A DNA stretch of 64,000 nt from Alphaproteobacteria bacterium (GCA_016776605.1 JADHTB010000009.1:31453-95452); one strand, 5' to 3'; positions 39,276-49,373 are shown, counted from the first letter of the stretch. The notes: a model not told the origin generated them from the sequence alone. Numbers and translations: made by a program.

Positions 39276-40112
39276 ATGGTGAAAGATATCAAACACATTC
39301 ACAGCTATTACTCGCCGAATGATTTGTATAACAAAATCATTGCGGGGCTTAACAAACTTGGCAAGGATTTGTCGCAGGTCACACTGGATGATCTTCAGCC
39401 CGTGGATGAATTTCATATCCGTGGCGATACCGCGACCAAAGAACTGATTAAACTTTCCGGTTTTACGCCAGACATGCATATCCTGGATGTGGGCTGCGGC
39501 ATCGGCGGTTCCACACGTCGTTTGTCACATGAAACAGGTTGTCGCGTAACCGGTATAGATTTGAGCGATGAATACATTGATACCGCGCAACGATTGACAC
39601 AATTGCTCAACATGCAGGAACGGGTAACGTTCCATGCGGCCAGTGCGCTGGCACTGCCGTTTGACGACAATGCCTTTGACGGCGTCTGGTCGCTGCAGAT
39701 GAACATGAATGTCGATGATAAGCTGTCCTGGCTAAAGGAAACCTATCGTGTTCTCAAACCCGGTGGGCGGGCGGTTTTGTATGAAGTATGCGGCAATAAA
39801 AATACGCCGCTGTATTTTCCGGTGCCATGGGCGCAGGACAGTTCCATGAGTTTTCTGGTGCCGCCGGAATCCTTCCGCGATGTCATAACATCCGCCGGTT
39901 TTGATATCACTGTCTGGAATGACAAGACCGGCCTTGCACGGCAGGCCTTTGCACAAGTGAAGGCGCCTGTGGGCGAGCTGAACCTGCCGGTACTGGGCGT
40001 CTATCTGCTGGTGGGTAACGATATCAGCACCAAGGCCTATAATCTGCATCGTAATCTTGATGAAGAACGCGTCAGCCTGATCGAGACCGTAGCGGTAAAA
40101 CCTGATTTTTAA
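39276..40112 (+). CDS. Class I SAM-dependent methyltransferase
   Basis: DEFHIRG, LDVGCGIGG, LPFDDNAFD, RVLKPGG; visibly more AT-rich than its neighbours. Confidence 0.9.
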   Translation: MVKDIKHIHSYYSPNDLYNKIIAGLNKLGKDLSQVTLDDLQPVDEFHIRGDTATKELIKLSGFTPDMHILDVGCGIGGSTRRLSHETGCRVTGIDLSDEYIDTAQRLTQLLNMQERVTFHAASALALPFDDNAFDGVWSLQMNMNVDDKLSWLKETYRVLKPGGRAVLYEVCGNKNTPLYFPVPWAQDSSMSFLVPPESFRDVITSAGFDITVWNDKTGLARQAFAQVKAPVGELNLPVLGVYLLVGNDISTKAYNLHRNLDEERVSLIETVAVKPDF

Positions 40113-40276
40113 AGCCGCTAGAGCGGTTCGTACCGCGTAATTGACCGGTCGCGATGTCTTGTCGTCCGGGTTCAAGTTTGCGACGATGCACGCACGAATG
40201 CGACGAGGTCGATTGGCGTGTCGCGCGAAGCAGCGTTAATTTGCGCGATACCGTTACCATGCGCACCGTGGCCACG

Positions 40277-40308
40277 AAATACACCACGCACCAAATACAC
40301 CACGCACT
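40277..40308 (+). repeat. 16-bp tandem duplication upstream of an RBS
   Basis: AAATACACCACGCACC followed by AAATACACCACGCACT. Confidence 0.85.
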
Positions 40309-40322
40309 GGGGAGATCCGACT

Positions 40323-41072
40323 ATGCCGATATACGAAAACGGTCCCGTGAAGATTCATTACGAGGAGGCCGGCTCCGGCTTTCCGCTGCTGGTCATTCCC
40401 GGCGGCGGTCTAAATGCGACCATAGCCGGGCTCGCTAACCATGCCTTCAATCCGCTGGAGGAATTCAGCGACACCTATCGCGTCGTCGCGCTGGACATAC
40501 GCAACGCCAATGGCGGCAAGACGGAGGGCCCGCTCGAAATCGAACGGACCTGGGACGGCTTCGTCGACGACCAGCTCGGCCTGATGGACCATCTCGGCAT
40601 CGACCGGTTCATGGTGATGGGCTTCTGCATCGGCGGTCCGATGATCTGGAACCTGCTGAAACAAGCAGGCGACCGGGTCGTCGCCGCCACGCTGGTGCAC
40701 CCGAGCGGGTTTACCTCCAGCCATCCCGACATCTACTATAACAACAACATCAACGGCTGGGCGCCCGCGTTCATTAAGCGGCGGCCCGAGATCACCATGG
40801 AGATGGCCTCGGAATTCCTCAACAACATGTACACAAAGCGGGCGGATTTCGTGTTCACCGTCGACCGCGACTTCGTTCGGAATTGCCAGACACCGGTGCT
40901 GGTCCTGCCGGACGACATACCGGCGCACCCCTATGCGACGGCGATGGAGACGGCGCTGCTGGCGCCGAACGCGCAGGTCAGCCTCTATCCCTGGAAAGAG
41001 AACGACCGAAAGATCGCGCTCGCCTTGCGCCACATCCGCGGCTTCATGGCGACGAACGCCCCCGCAGTCTAG
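40323..41072 (+). CDS. Alpha/beta hydrolase (GFCIGG, Cys at the nucleophile position)
   Basis: IHYEEAGSGFPLL, GLMDHLGI, GFCIGG; GGGGAG RBS before ATG 40323. Confidence 0.88.
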   Translation: MPIYENGPVKIHYEEAGSGFPLLVIPGGGLNATIAGLANHAFNPLEEFSDTYRVVALDIRNANGGKTEGPLEIERTWDGFVDDQLGLMDHLGIDRFMVMGFCIGGPMIWNLLKQAGDRVVAATLVHPSGFTSSHPDIYYNNNINGWAPAFIKRRPEITMEMASEFLNNMYTKRADFVFTVDRDFVRNCQTPVLVLPDDIPAHPYATAMETALLAPNAQVSLYPWKENDRKIALALRHIRGFMATNAPAV

Positions 41073-41866
41073 AGCAATTCGTCCAGAAACGCCCGCAACG
41101 TCGCGCTGCATTCGCCGGCGTGGGAGAACGGCAGTCCATGGCGGGCATGGGGGAAAATCCGCAGCCGCGCATTGGGCAGCAGCGCATGCAGATCCGCCAT
41201 GATGGGCACCGGGATGAACGGAGAGGAATCCGGGTGCATCAGCAGAGTCGGCAGCACAACGTCAGGTAATTGTTGGCTCTGGTCCGTACCCACGAGTGTT
41301 TTCAACAGAGCCAGTACGGTGGCCGGGTCGGCGCTGGCCTGTTGCGCGCGGTACCAGGCCGATACCGGTTCCGCCAGGGCGCCGTCGAAAAACCGATGGG
41401 TCATCATGCGGTCGGACCAGGCGGCCATGCCCTCGCCCTCGATCAACTCGTGCCAGAAATCCAGGTTCTGGATTGTGCCGCCCATATGGGCGCCGTTGCT
41501 GACGGTCAGGCTCAACAGGCGGCCGGGATGTTCGATCGCGGTTTGCAGGGCCACGGTGCCGCCGACGGATTCTCCCACCAAATGAAACCTGGCGCAATCA
41601 ATCCTGTCCGCCAGGGCGATGACATCGCTCACCATGGCCTGGATGGTGATAGCGCCATCGCCCGGCTGAGACTGCCCATGGCCGGGCAGATCAAACGCGG
41701 CCAGGCGATAACGGTCCAGCAAGGCGGGCATCCAGCCCTGCCAACAGCGCCAGTTGGCGCCGACGCCGTGATGGAAAATGATCGTCTCCGGCGCCTCGAC
41801 CCACGGCGCCGTCTGATCGATAATTTCGTAGTGCAGGCGATGTGCGCCGGTATTCAGGTCTGGCAT
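41069..41866 (-). CDS. Alpha/beta hydrolase (PcaD-like)
   Basis: FHHGVG, DLPGHGQS, GESVGG, HG. Confidence 0.88.
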   Translation of the reverse strand: MPDLNTGAHRLHYEIIDQTAPWVEAPETIIFHHGVGANWRCWQGWMPALLDRYRLAAFDLPGHGQSQPGDGAITIQAMVSDVIALADRIDCARFHLVGESVGGTVALQTAIEHPGRLLSLTVSNGAHMGGTIQNLDFWHELIEGEGMAAWSDRMMTHRFFDGALAEPVSAWYRAQQASADPATVLALLKTLVGTDQSQQLPDVVLPTLLMHPDSSPFIPVPIMADLHALLPNARLRIFPHARHGLPFSHAGECSATLRAFLDELL

Positions 41867-41868
41867 TG

Positions 41869-42750
41869 TTAGGCGTCTCCGTCGGTTTCCATGGGCAGGC
41901 TATGATCGTTGGCCCATTCCGATAGGGAATTGTCGTAAATACCCACATCGTCATGGCCCAGCAGGACCAGAGCGAAGGCATCCGCCGTGGCCGCGATACC
42001 GCCGCCGCAATAGGTCAGCACTTTTTGCTCCATGCCGATCCTGGCCTCGGCGAACTTGCCGCGCAGGGCGGCTGCATCCAGAAAGGTATTGCTCTCGCGG
42101 TCCACTAAATCCAGTCCCGGCAGACAGACACTGCCCGCAATCCGGCCCGGCCGGCCATAATGGGTTTTTGAGGTGCCCGCGTGCTGGGCCTGGGTCAGGG
42201 CATTGACCACCACGGCGCCCTCGTCAGCCAGCGCGTCCAGCACCGCGTCCCTTGCCACGATGCGGCCGGGCTGGGCCCGGGCGGTAAAAGAGGCGGCGGC
42301 GTACTGGCAGGCAGCCGTATTAGTGGGGCGCCCCTCGGCCTGCCATTTTTGCATGCCGCCATTCAGGACGGCGGCATTTTCGAAGCCAAAGGCGTACAGC
42401 ATCCACCAGATGCGCGTGGCCCACCACATGGTCCCGCCGCTGTACAGCACGATGCGGAAATCATCACCCAGGCCTTTTGCGCCCACGGCGGCGGCAAAAG
42501 CCTCCGCGCCGGGGGTAGTGAAGCGAAAGGCGCCGGCGGGATCGGACAATTCACCCTGCAGGTCCAAATAGCCGGCGCCGGGAATATGGCCGGCCTGGTA
42601 ATCCGCCAGACCGCTTTCAACAGTGAAAACCTTGTCCGGATCGGGCCTTAAATGGGTTGTGCAATCGAAAATCCGCACCTTCGGATCATCCAGATGATCC
42701 GCCAGCCAGTCCGTTTCCACCAAAATTTCCGGTCGCGCGTAGTCGTTCAT
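41869..42750 (-). CDS. Sulfurtransferase (tandem rhodanese, SseA-like)
   Basis: LVETDWL, GHIPGA, LNGG, TYCGGG, YDNSLSEW. Confidence 0.92.
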   Translation of the reverse strand: MNDYARPEILVETDWLADHLDDPKVRIFDCTTHLRPDPDKVFTVESGLADYQAGHIPGAGYLDLQGELSDPAGAFRFTTPGAEAFAAAVGAKGLGDDFRIVLYSGGTMWWATRIWWMLYAFGFENAAVLNGGMQKWQAEGRPTNTAACQYAAASFTARAQPGRIVARDAVLDALADEGAVVVNALTQAQHAGTSKTHYGRPGRIAGSVCLPGLDLVDRESNTFLDAAALRGKFAEARIGMEQKVLTYCGGGIAATADAFALVLLGHDDVGIYDNSLSEWANDHSLPMETDGDA

Positions 42751-42804
42751 GGCTCGCCTCCCCTGCTATTAACGCTTAGCATAGCGCAACAGGGAGGACG
42801 GGAC

Positions 42805-43794
42805 ATGAAGATTTGCATTATCGGCGCGGGCGCCATGGGGGGGCTGTACGGCGGCCGTCTGGTACTGGCGGGAAAAGACGTCCAATTCATTGAAATCCGC
42901 CAGGCGGCGGTGGATGCCCTGAACAATGGCAGTTACCTATATGACGGCATTGATGGCGAACACCGCATCAAGGCGCCCGCCGCCACCACCGCCGATGCGC
43001 TGCCCCCCCATGGCGCCCGGGCCGATATCGCCTTTATCCATACAGACAGCAACAATACCCGCGCAGCGGGGGAGCACGCCAAGGCGGTGCTGAAGCCCGA
43101 GGGCTGGGCCGTCACCTTTCAAAACGGCGTCGGCAATGTGGAAACCCTGTGCGAGGTATTGGGGGCCGAACGGGTGGTTGGCGGCATCAGCTATCACAGC
43201 GCCGCCTCGCCCAAGGCGGGACATGCCACCCATACCAACGCCAACAAGACCTGGATCGGCGAGTTGGGCGGCGGCGGCAGTGAACGGGTGGAACAACTGC
43301 GCGATCTATTGGCCGAGGCGAAGTTCGATCCGCACATCGCAGAGGACATCCAATCGGTGATCTGGACCAAGTTCATGCTGAATTGCGCCGTCAATCCCCT
43401 GTGCGCCATCACCGGCCTGCGCTCGGGCGAGGTTGGCGGGGATGCGTCGGCCATGCAAATGCAGGAATTGGTATTGGATGAAACCCTGGCGGTGATCGCC
43501 GCCAAGGGCATCGCCCTGACCGATCCCGACCCCAAGGCCTCCATCAAGAAAATTCTGGGCCGGGCCTTTAACAAGCCTTCCATGTTGCAGCATATGGAAG
43601 CGGGCCTGCGCACGGAGATCGATAGCCTGAACGGCGCCGTGGTGCGCGAGGGCGCCGCCCTTGGCATCCCCACCCCCTACAATCACGCCCTGACCATGCT
43701 GATCAAGGCCCGCAACGCCAACATGATCCGGCAAATGCACGAACCGCCCATCGATTACGCGGCGTTGGAGGCGGCGGCGAAGGCGAAATCCTGA
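42805..43794 (+). CDS. Ketopantoate reductase family protein (PanE/ApbA-like)
   Basis: IIGAGAMG, FQNGVG, WTKFMLNCAVN, SMLQH, EIDSLNG. Confidence 0.88.
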   Translation: MKICIIGAGAMGGLYGGRLVLAGKDVQFIEIRQAAVDALNNGSYLYDGIDGEHRIKAPAATTADALPPHGARADIAFIHTDSNNTRAAGEHAKAVLKPEGWAVTFQNGVGNVETLCEVLGAERVVGGISYHSAASPKAGHATHTNANKTWIGELGGGGSERVEQLRDLLAEAKFDPHIAEDIQSVIWTKFMLNCAVNPLCAITGLRSGEVGGDASAMQMQELVLDETLAVIAAKGIALTDPDPKASIKKILGRAFNKPSMLQHMEAGLRTEIDSLNGAVVREGAALGIPTPYNHALTMLIKARNANMIRQMHEPPIDYAALEAAAKAKS

Positions 43795-43845
43795 CGCGCC
43801 AAAATCGCGCAAGCAATCAGAGACCATTGGTATAAGAGGAAACCC

Positions 43846-44526
43846 ATGTCCGACGAGCATCTCGCCTATCTCGCGCCAGGTCCCACCGTGGAAAGCGGGC
43901 ATCCCGACATCGTGGCCTTTGCCACGGCCGCCGCCGGGGATGCCGCGACACCGAAGCAGACGGCGATCGCGCTGTATTATGCGGTGCGCGACGATATCCG
44001 CTACAACCCCTATATCTCGGCGATCGAGGTCGAGGCCTTCCGTGCGACCAAAACATTGGCGGATAAGGAAGGCTATTGCGTGGCCAAGGCGATACTGTTG
44101 GCCGCCGCCTGCCGGGCCCTTGGCGTGCCCGCCCGCCTTGGTTTCGCCGACGTGCGCAACCACCTATCAACGGAAAAGATGCGCCAGCGCATGAAAACAG
44201 ATCTGTTCTATTGGCATGGCTATACCTCCATCTATCTAGACGGCAAATGGGTGAAAGCAACGCCTGCCTTCAACATCGGGCTGTGCGAAAAATTCGGCCT
44301 GAAGCCGCTTGAGTTCGACGGCGAGGAAGACTCGATTTATCATACGATCGATGTGTCCGGCAGCCGGCACATGGAATACCTGAATTACCGCGGCGAGTTC
44401 GCCGAACCGCCGCTGGCCGAAATTTACGCAACCTTTATGCGCGAGTATCCCCATTGGCGCGACCGAAGCGCCGCGTCCATCGGCGATTTCGAGGCGGAAG
44501 TAGAAGCGGAAACCAGCACCGCCTGA
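43846..44526 (+). CDS. Transglutaminase-like family protein
   Basis: VRDDIRYNPY, GYCVAKA, HGY, WVKATPAFN. Confidence 0.9.
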   Translation: MSDEHLAYLAPGPTVESGHPDIVAFATAAAGDAATPKQTAIALYYAVRDDIRYNPYISAIEVEAFRATKTLADKEGYCVAKAILLAAACRALGVPARLGFADVRNHLSTEKMRQRMKTDLFYWHGYTSIYLDGKWVKATPAFNIGLCEKFGLKPLEFDGEEDSIYHTIDVSGSRHMEYLNYRGEFAEPPLAEIYATFMREYPHWRDRSAASIGDFEAEVEAETSTA

Positions 44527-44549
44527 GGCGGCGCGGTGACTCAAAAACT

Positions 44550-44654
44550 CTAGAGCGCATTCGAAGAAAATGCGCTCAGACTCTTAAAAATAGGACAATT
44601 GAACCAATCACTTAAGTCGCGATAGCGACTTCAAATAATTGAAAATTTCTCTAA
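44550..44654. repeat. 105-bp palindromic MITE-like element, copy 3
   Basis: CTAGAGCGCATT-CGAAGAA-AATGCGCTC ... AAGTCGC-GATA-GCGACTT; right end overlaps the TAG stop of the RidA-family gene. Confidence 0.92.
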
Positions 44655-45037
44655 CTAAATACGGCGACGAAATCGCATTTTACCTGGGACGGGCCGGCTT
44701 CGGTTAGGGATTGGGTATGGCGGGCCGGACGGGAATTCTCGTCCGGGAACATTTTTTCCCATTCTTCGTTCAGCGCGCCGCGCCCGGTGGCCGGATCCCT
44801 GATCCAGAAGGTGATCTTGAGAATATCGTCCGGCGAGCCGCCCGCCGCTTCCACCGCGCTGCGCACATGGCTGAAGATATTGACGATCTGCTGGTCCAAT
44901 TCGTCGGGCATCTTATTGCTGGCCGGATCGCGGCCGGCGATCACGCTGGACATCATGATGTTGCCGATCCGGCTGGCGCCCGGAATCGGGTTGGCGTGGC
45001 TGAAACCGGGGAATTCGATGCTTTGACGCTTAGACAT
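44651..45037 (-). CDS. RidA/YjgF family protein
   Basis: HANPIP, EAAGGSPDDILKIT, RPARH. Confidence 0.88.
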   Translation of the reverse strand: MSKRQSIEFPGFSHANPIPGASRIGNIMMSSVIAGRDPASNKMPDELDQQIVNIFSHVRSAVEAAGGSPDDILKITFWIRDPATGRGALNEEWEKMFPDENSRPARHTQSLTEAGPSQVKCDFVAVFS

Positions 45038-45067
45038 GCGCAACTAACCTCCACTGCGGAATAGTAT

Positions 45068-45670
45068 TTAATCGTTGCCCACGGCACCAAATACTGGATT
45101 ATCCTGGGTCTCGTCGACCAGGGCTTCCGGGCCTTCGTTGGGCAACGGGCGCACCCAGTTCAGGGCCGCATCGATGTCACCGCCCCATACCTCGCGGGGC
45201 AACTCGTACAACAGTTCGACGCCATAGCCGTTGGGGTCGTGGATATACAGGCTGTGGGTCATGCCATGATCAACCCGGCGGTCGAACTTGACCCCCTTGC
45301 TCTGTAAAAAGGCGAGCTGTTGCAGCCAGGCCTCGCGGCTTGGCAGCGTGATGGCGATATGATTGACCGCGATGGGCATGCCGAACATGCTCCAGTCGGC
45401 GGGCGGTTCCGGCAGTGCCGTATTTTCAACCAGGGCCACATCGTGGTGATTGTCCAGGCCGTCATGATCACCGCTGTAAAAGCGCATCTTCGGCGGGTTT
45501 GGCCGCGCCGCCGTGGCGTGCAGTTCGCCCACCTGATTGAAGCCCAGGATTTCGGTCCAGAACTGGTGGGATTCTTCCAGGTTCCGGACGTTAAGCACTA
45601 GGTGGTTCAGGCCGGACGGCGTCACCGCCTTATGCGGCACGGCCCCGGCTTCGGATTTTGCGTCTGTCAT
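45068..45670 (-). CDS. VOC family protein (catechol dioxygenase-like fold)
   Basis: LNHLVLNV, HHDVAL, NHIAI, SLYIHDPNGYGVEL. Confidence 0.85.
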   Translation of the reverse strand: MTDAKSEAGAVPHKAVTPSGLNHLVLNVRNLEESHQFWTEILGFNQVGELHATAARPNPPKMRFYSGDHDGLDNHHDVALVENTALPEPPADWSMFGMPIAVNHIAITLPSREAWLQQLAFLQSKGVKFDRRVDHGMTHSLYIHDPNGYGVELLYELPREVWGGDIDAALNWVRPLPNEGPEALVDETQDNPVFGAVGND

Positions 45671-45885
45671 TTGCATATCCCCTGATCGTGAGTTCGTCGG
45701 CAATGATGGGGACTGTAACGGCGGTAGCGGATCGCTGCACCCCAGCAATTACGCGGCCCCATCCCCACGGCCACTGTCCGCGCCGTCATGCTATACCGGC
45801 AAATTACAACTTGTCGAGCCGGCATCGAGGTTCACGTACCGTACGTTTCCATGATCACGGAGCAAGATCCCGTTGCATCGAAAGC

Positions 45886-46326
45886 CTATTCAGAAATCTC
45901 GCCGAAACGTTCCATGATGCGGCGGCGCAGATCGTCGCGGACCTGGCGGTAGGCATCCAGCATAACCTCGCGGCTGCCATCGATGCCGGTTGGGTCCAGG
46001 CTGGGCCAGTATTCCAGATCGACGGCCATGGTGCGGGTCAATTCCACCGCCTTGTGCTGGGCCTCGGGCGTCAGGCTGATGACCAGATCGAACCCGGTGC
46101 CCTGTAGATCATCAAAGGTCTTGGCGTCATGCTGGGAAATGTCGATGTCTATCTCGGCCATGGCCGCGATGGCGAAACCATCGACACTGCCCTGGCGCAC
46201 CCCGGCGGAATCGAAAAAGATCCCGTCACCGAACAGATGCCGGCCCAGTCCCGCCGCCATGGGCGAGCGCACTGAGTTAAAATTACAGGCAAACAGCACA
46301 CTGCCGGGCCGCCGCGACATTGCCAT
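45886..46326 (-). CDS. Low molecular weight phosphatase / ArsC family protein
   Basis: VLFACNFNSVRSPMA P-loop; DP motif; position downstream of UPF0262. Confidence 0.9.
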   Translation of the reverse strand: MAMSRRPGSVLFACNFNSVRSPMAAGLGRHLFGDGIFFDSAGVRQGSVDGFAIAAMAEIDIDISQHDAKTFDDLQGTGFDLVISLTPEAQHKAVELTRTMAVDLEYWPSLDPTGIDGSREVMLDAYRQVRDDLRRRIMERFGEISE

Positions 46327-46799
46327 CAAGTCCTGATCTGCAAAATGCAGACAAGAGTGAACAGGCGCCGGGCGGTTTCGTTGTCGACCACCACCTTGCC
46401 ATCCAGGCGTTCGCGTAACAAATCCGAGCCTTCGTTGTGCAAACCCCGCCGGCCCATGTCGATGGCCTCGATCTTGGAGGGCGAGGCGGATTTGATGGCC
46501 TGAAAATAACTTTCACAAATGGTGAAATAGTCGCGGATAATGCGGCGAAACGGCGTCAATGGCAGCAAAATGCGGGTCAGGGGCGCATCGCTCTCGTCGT
46601 GGATATCCAGGGCCAGGCGGTTTTCCTCCATGCCCATGAGGAGGTGGTAGGGACCGGTAAAATCACCGACCGGCTGAAAGCTGTTGGCCTCCAGCAAGTC
46701 ATAGATCGCCACCCGGCGTTCATGTTCAATATCGGCCGAGCGGCGGATAACCGTGCGCTCATCCAAAGTAATATGGGCGATGCGGTGTGGGTTGGACAC
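46326..46799 (-). CDS. UPF0262 family protein
   Basis: [35 protein letters not shown]. Confidence 0.92.
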   Translation of the reverse strand: MSNPHRIAHITLDERTVIRRSADIEHERRVAIYDLLEANSFQPVGDFTGPYHLLMGMEENRLALDIHDESDAPLTRILLPLTPFRRIIRDYFTICESYFQAIKSASPSKIEAIDMGRRGLHNEGSDLLRERLDGKVVVDNETARRLFTLVCILQIRT

Positions 46800-46808
46800 A
46801 GCCCCGCG

Positions 46809-48149
46809 CTAGTCCTGCTGGTCCTGGCGGTCCTGGCGTTGCAGGCGCACGGAGATGGCGCGGGCATGGGCCGATAATCCTTCGGCCTCGGCCAGGATGA
46901 TGGCATCGGGCCCCAAATGGGCCAGACCGGCGGCATCGCAGCGGATGATCGAACTGCGCTTCATGAAATCCAGCACCGACAGGCCGGAACTGAAACGCGC
47001 GCCGCGGGCGGTGGGCAGCACATGGTTCGGCCCGGCGATATAATCGCCAATGGGTTCGGGGGTATGGGCGCCCAAAAATATCGAACCCGCGTTGCGCACG
47101 CGAGCCAGCATGCCCTCGTAATCAGCCAGGGCGATGGCCAGATGTTCCGGCGCGATACGATCTACCAGCCCGGCCGCTTCTTCCCAGTCCCGCACGATAA
47201 TAACACTGCCATACCGGTCCCAGCTGGCAGCCGCGATCTCGGCCCGCGACAAGGTGCGCAGATGCGCCGCCACGGCGGCCACCACCTGGTCGGCAAAATC
47301 AGCATCGTCGGTCATCAGAATGGCCTGCGCCGCGCTGTCATGTTCCGCCTGCGACAATAGATCGGCGGCAATCCAGGATGGGTTGTTGTCTCTATCCGCC
47401 AGCACCAGAATTTCCGATGGCCCGGCAATCATTTCTATGCCGACGGTGCCAAAGACCTGCCGTTTCGCCGCCGCCACATAGGCATTGCCCGGACCGACGA
47501 TTTTGTCGACTGCCGGGATTTGCTGGGTGCCATAGGCCAGGGCGGCAATGGCCTGGGCCCCGCCCATGCGGTAAATCTCGTCCACCCCGGCGATCCGCGC
47601 CGCCGCCAGGACCAGGGGACTAAGCTGCCCGTCGGGGGTCGGCACGGCCATGGCCAGGCGCGGCACGCCGGCCACCTTGGCCGGGACCGCATTCATCAAC
47701 ACCGACGAAGGGTAGGCGGCCAGGCCGCCAGGCACATACAGCCCCACGGCGGCCACGGCGGTCCAACGGTGTCCCAGTTCGATGCCGTTGGCGTCGGTGT
47801 AGCGGTCGTCCCGGGGCAGCTGTCGTTGGTGATAGGCGGTAATGCGGTCATGGGCATGGCGGAGGGCCTTGATCTGTTCCCCAGGCACGCTTTCCATGGC
47901 GCGGTCCATCTCCGCCACGGGCAGGCGCAGATCCGCCGCGCCATAGTCAACCCGGTCGAATTTCCGGGTATAATCCAGCACGGCGTCATCGCCCCGGCAT
48001 TGCACCTGGGCCAAAATCTCTGCGACGCTTTGATTTACGTCCACGGCTGTTTCGCGCTTGTCAGCCAGAAAGGCCGCGAAACCGGCCTGAAAATCCGCTG
48101 CCCGGCTATCCAGTCTAAGGTTCTGGGACTTACGCTGCTTATCGGGCAT
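46809..48149 (-). CDS. hisD: Histidinol dehydrogenase
   Basis: [43 protein letters not shown]. Confidence 0.97.
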   Translation of the reverse strand: MPDKQRKSQNLRLDSRAADFQAGFAAFLADKRETAVDVNQSVAEILAQVQCRGDDAVLDYTRKFDRVDYGAADLRLPVAEMDRAMESVPGEQIKALRHAHDRITAYHQRQLPRDDRYTDANGIELGHRWTAVAAVGLYVPGGLAAYPSSVLMNAVPAKVAGVPRLAMAVPTPDGQLSPLVLAAARIAGVDEIYRMGGAQAIAALAYGTQQIPAVDKIVGPGNAYVAAAKRQVFGTVGIEMIAGPSEILVLADRDNNPSWIAADLLSQAEHDSAAQAILMTDDADFADQVVAAVAAHLRTLSRAEIAAASWDRYGSVIIVRDWEEAAGLVDRIAPEHLAIALADYEGMLARVRNAGSIFLGAHTPEPIGDYIAGPNHVLPTARGARFSSGLSVLDFMKRSSIIRCDAAGLAHLGPDAIILAEAEGLSAHARAISVRLQRQDRQDQQD

Positions 48150-48795
48150 CGAGCGCGCCTTGAAAACGTTCGATCCAGCCGGCCAGATGCTCCGGCCTGG
48201 TCTTGGCGGCGGCCCGGTTGACGATTAGCCGCGAAGTGACCTCGGCAATGCGCTCTACTTCCACCAGGCCATTGGCGCGCAGGGTTGCACCGCTACTGAC
48301 CAGATCGACGATGCGGCGGCACAGGCCTAGGCTGGGCGCCAATTCCATGGCGCCGTTCAGGTGAATACACTCGGCCTGTACCCCACGGGCGGCGAAATGG
48401 CGGCGCGTGATACCAGGATATTTGGTGGCGACGCGAATATGGCTCCAGCGCCCCGGATTATCCTCAGCCAGCAACGCCACGGGTTCCGCCACCGCCATGT
48501 AGCAACGGCCGATGTCCAGATCCAGGGGGGCGTAGATTTCCGGATATTGGAATTCCATCAAGACATCGTTGCCGGCAATGCCCATGTGCGCCGCGCCGAA
48601 AGCCACGAAGGTGGCGACATCGAAACTGCGCACCCGGACGATATCCAAATCCGGCATGTTGGTGGTAAACCGCAACAGCCGCGAGTCGGGATCGTCGAAG
48701 GCCGCTTCCGGTTCGATCCCGGCGCGGCGCAACAGCGGCATCGCTTCCTTCAGGATACGGCCCTTGGGCAGGGCAATGATCAGTTTCTGGGGCAT
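48139..48795 (-). CDS. hisG: ATP phosphoribosyltransferase, short form
   Basis: [37 protein letters not shown]; 218 aa with no C-terminal regulatory domain. Confidence 0.95.
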   Translation of the reverse strand: MPQKLIIALPKGRILKEAMPLLRRAGIEPEAAFDDPDSRLLRFTTNMPDLDIVRVRSFDVATFVAFGAAHMGIAGNDVLMEFQYPEIYAPLDLDIGRCYMAVAEPVALLAEDNPGRWSHIRVATKYPGITRRHFAARGVQAECIHLNGAMELAPSLGLCRRIVDLVSSGATLRANGLVEVERIAEVTSRLIVNRAAAKTRPEHLAGWIERFQGALDAR

Positions 48796-48797
48796 CT

Positions 48798-49250
48798 CTA
48801 AACTCTCTCGTCGTCCAGGCCATGGTCTGGCCGGCTGGGCGTTGGCCAACCCTGATCAATATCGGCGAGGCTGCAGGTCACCGCCTCTGCCTCCAGCAGG
48901 ATAGAGCCTCCGCCGCCAAATTGCAGTTTCACGGCGACGCCATAGTCCGCTTCCGCGCAGGTGATCGCCAGCAATGGCAATAGACCGGCCCTGTCCGTCA
49001 TGTCGATACCTTGCGCGCGGACCCGCAGAACATCGTCGAAATGCACGCCGCAACGCACGCGCAAACCACCCTCGTCACCCATTTTGTCGGCCAATTCCCA
49101 ACGAAAGCGGGTCGCCACCATGGCGAAGCGGCGCAGACGCGGGATATAGGCCATATCATCGATGCGGGCGATAGCATCCTGCAGACAAGTGGAGATGACC
49201 TCCAGATCAGCCGCTTCCTCAGCTTTCAGACGTAAAAGTGAATTGATCAT
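48798..49250 (-). CDS. DUF2948 family protein
   Basis: [30 protein letters not shown]; position between murA and his genes. Confidence 0.88.
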   Translation of the reverse strand: MINSLLRLKAEEAADLEVISTCLQDAIARIDDMAYIPRLRRFAMVATRFRWELADKMGDEGGLRVRCGVHFDDVLRVRAQGIDMTDRAGLLPLLAITCAEADYGVAVKLQFGGGGSILLEAEAVTCSLADIDQGWPTPSRPDHGLDDERV

Positions 49251-49268
49251 GTCCCGCGCACCGCTCCT

Positions 49269-49373
49269 TCAGAGCGCATTCGAAGAAAATGCGCTCAGAC
49301 TCTTAAAGATAGAGCAATTGAACCAATTACTTAAGTCGCGAAAGCGACTCTAGTTAATTGAAAATTGCTCTAG
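49269..49373. repeat. 105-bp palindromic MITE-like element, copy 4 (inside the murA-DUF2948 operon)
   Basis: Near-identical to copies 2 and 3; right end GCTCTAG overlaps the murA TAG stop. Confidence 0.92.

Noticed and set aside
46809..46840. Short 9-bp periodicity at the end of hisD ([10 protein letters not shown])
   Set aside because: Low-complexity protein tail, too short to indicate a separate element
7059..49373. The 105-bp repeats as a CRISPR array or integron attC array
   Set aside because: Copies are kilobases apart with no repeat-spacer periodicity, no cas or intI gene, and no GTTRRRY/RYYYAAC ends
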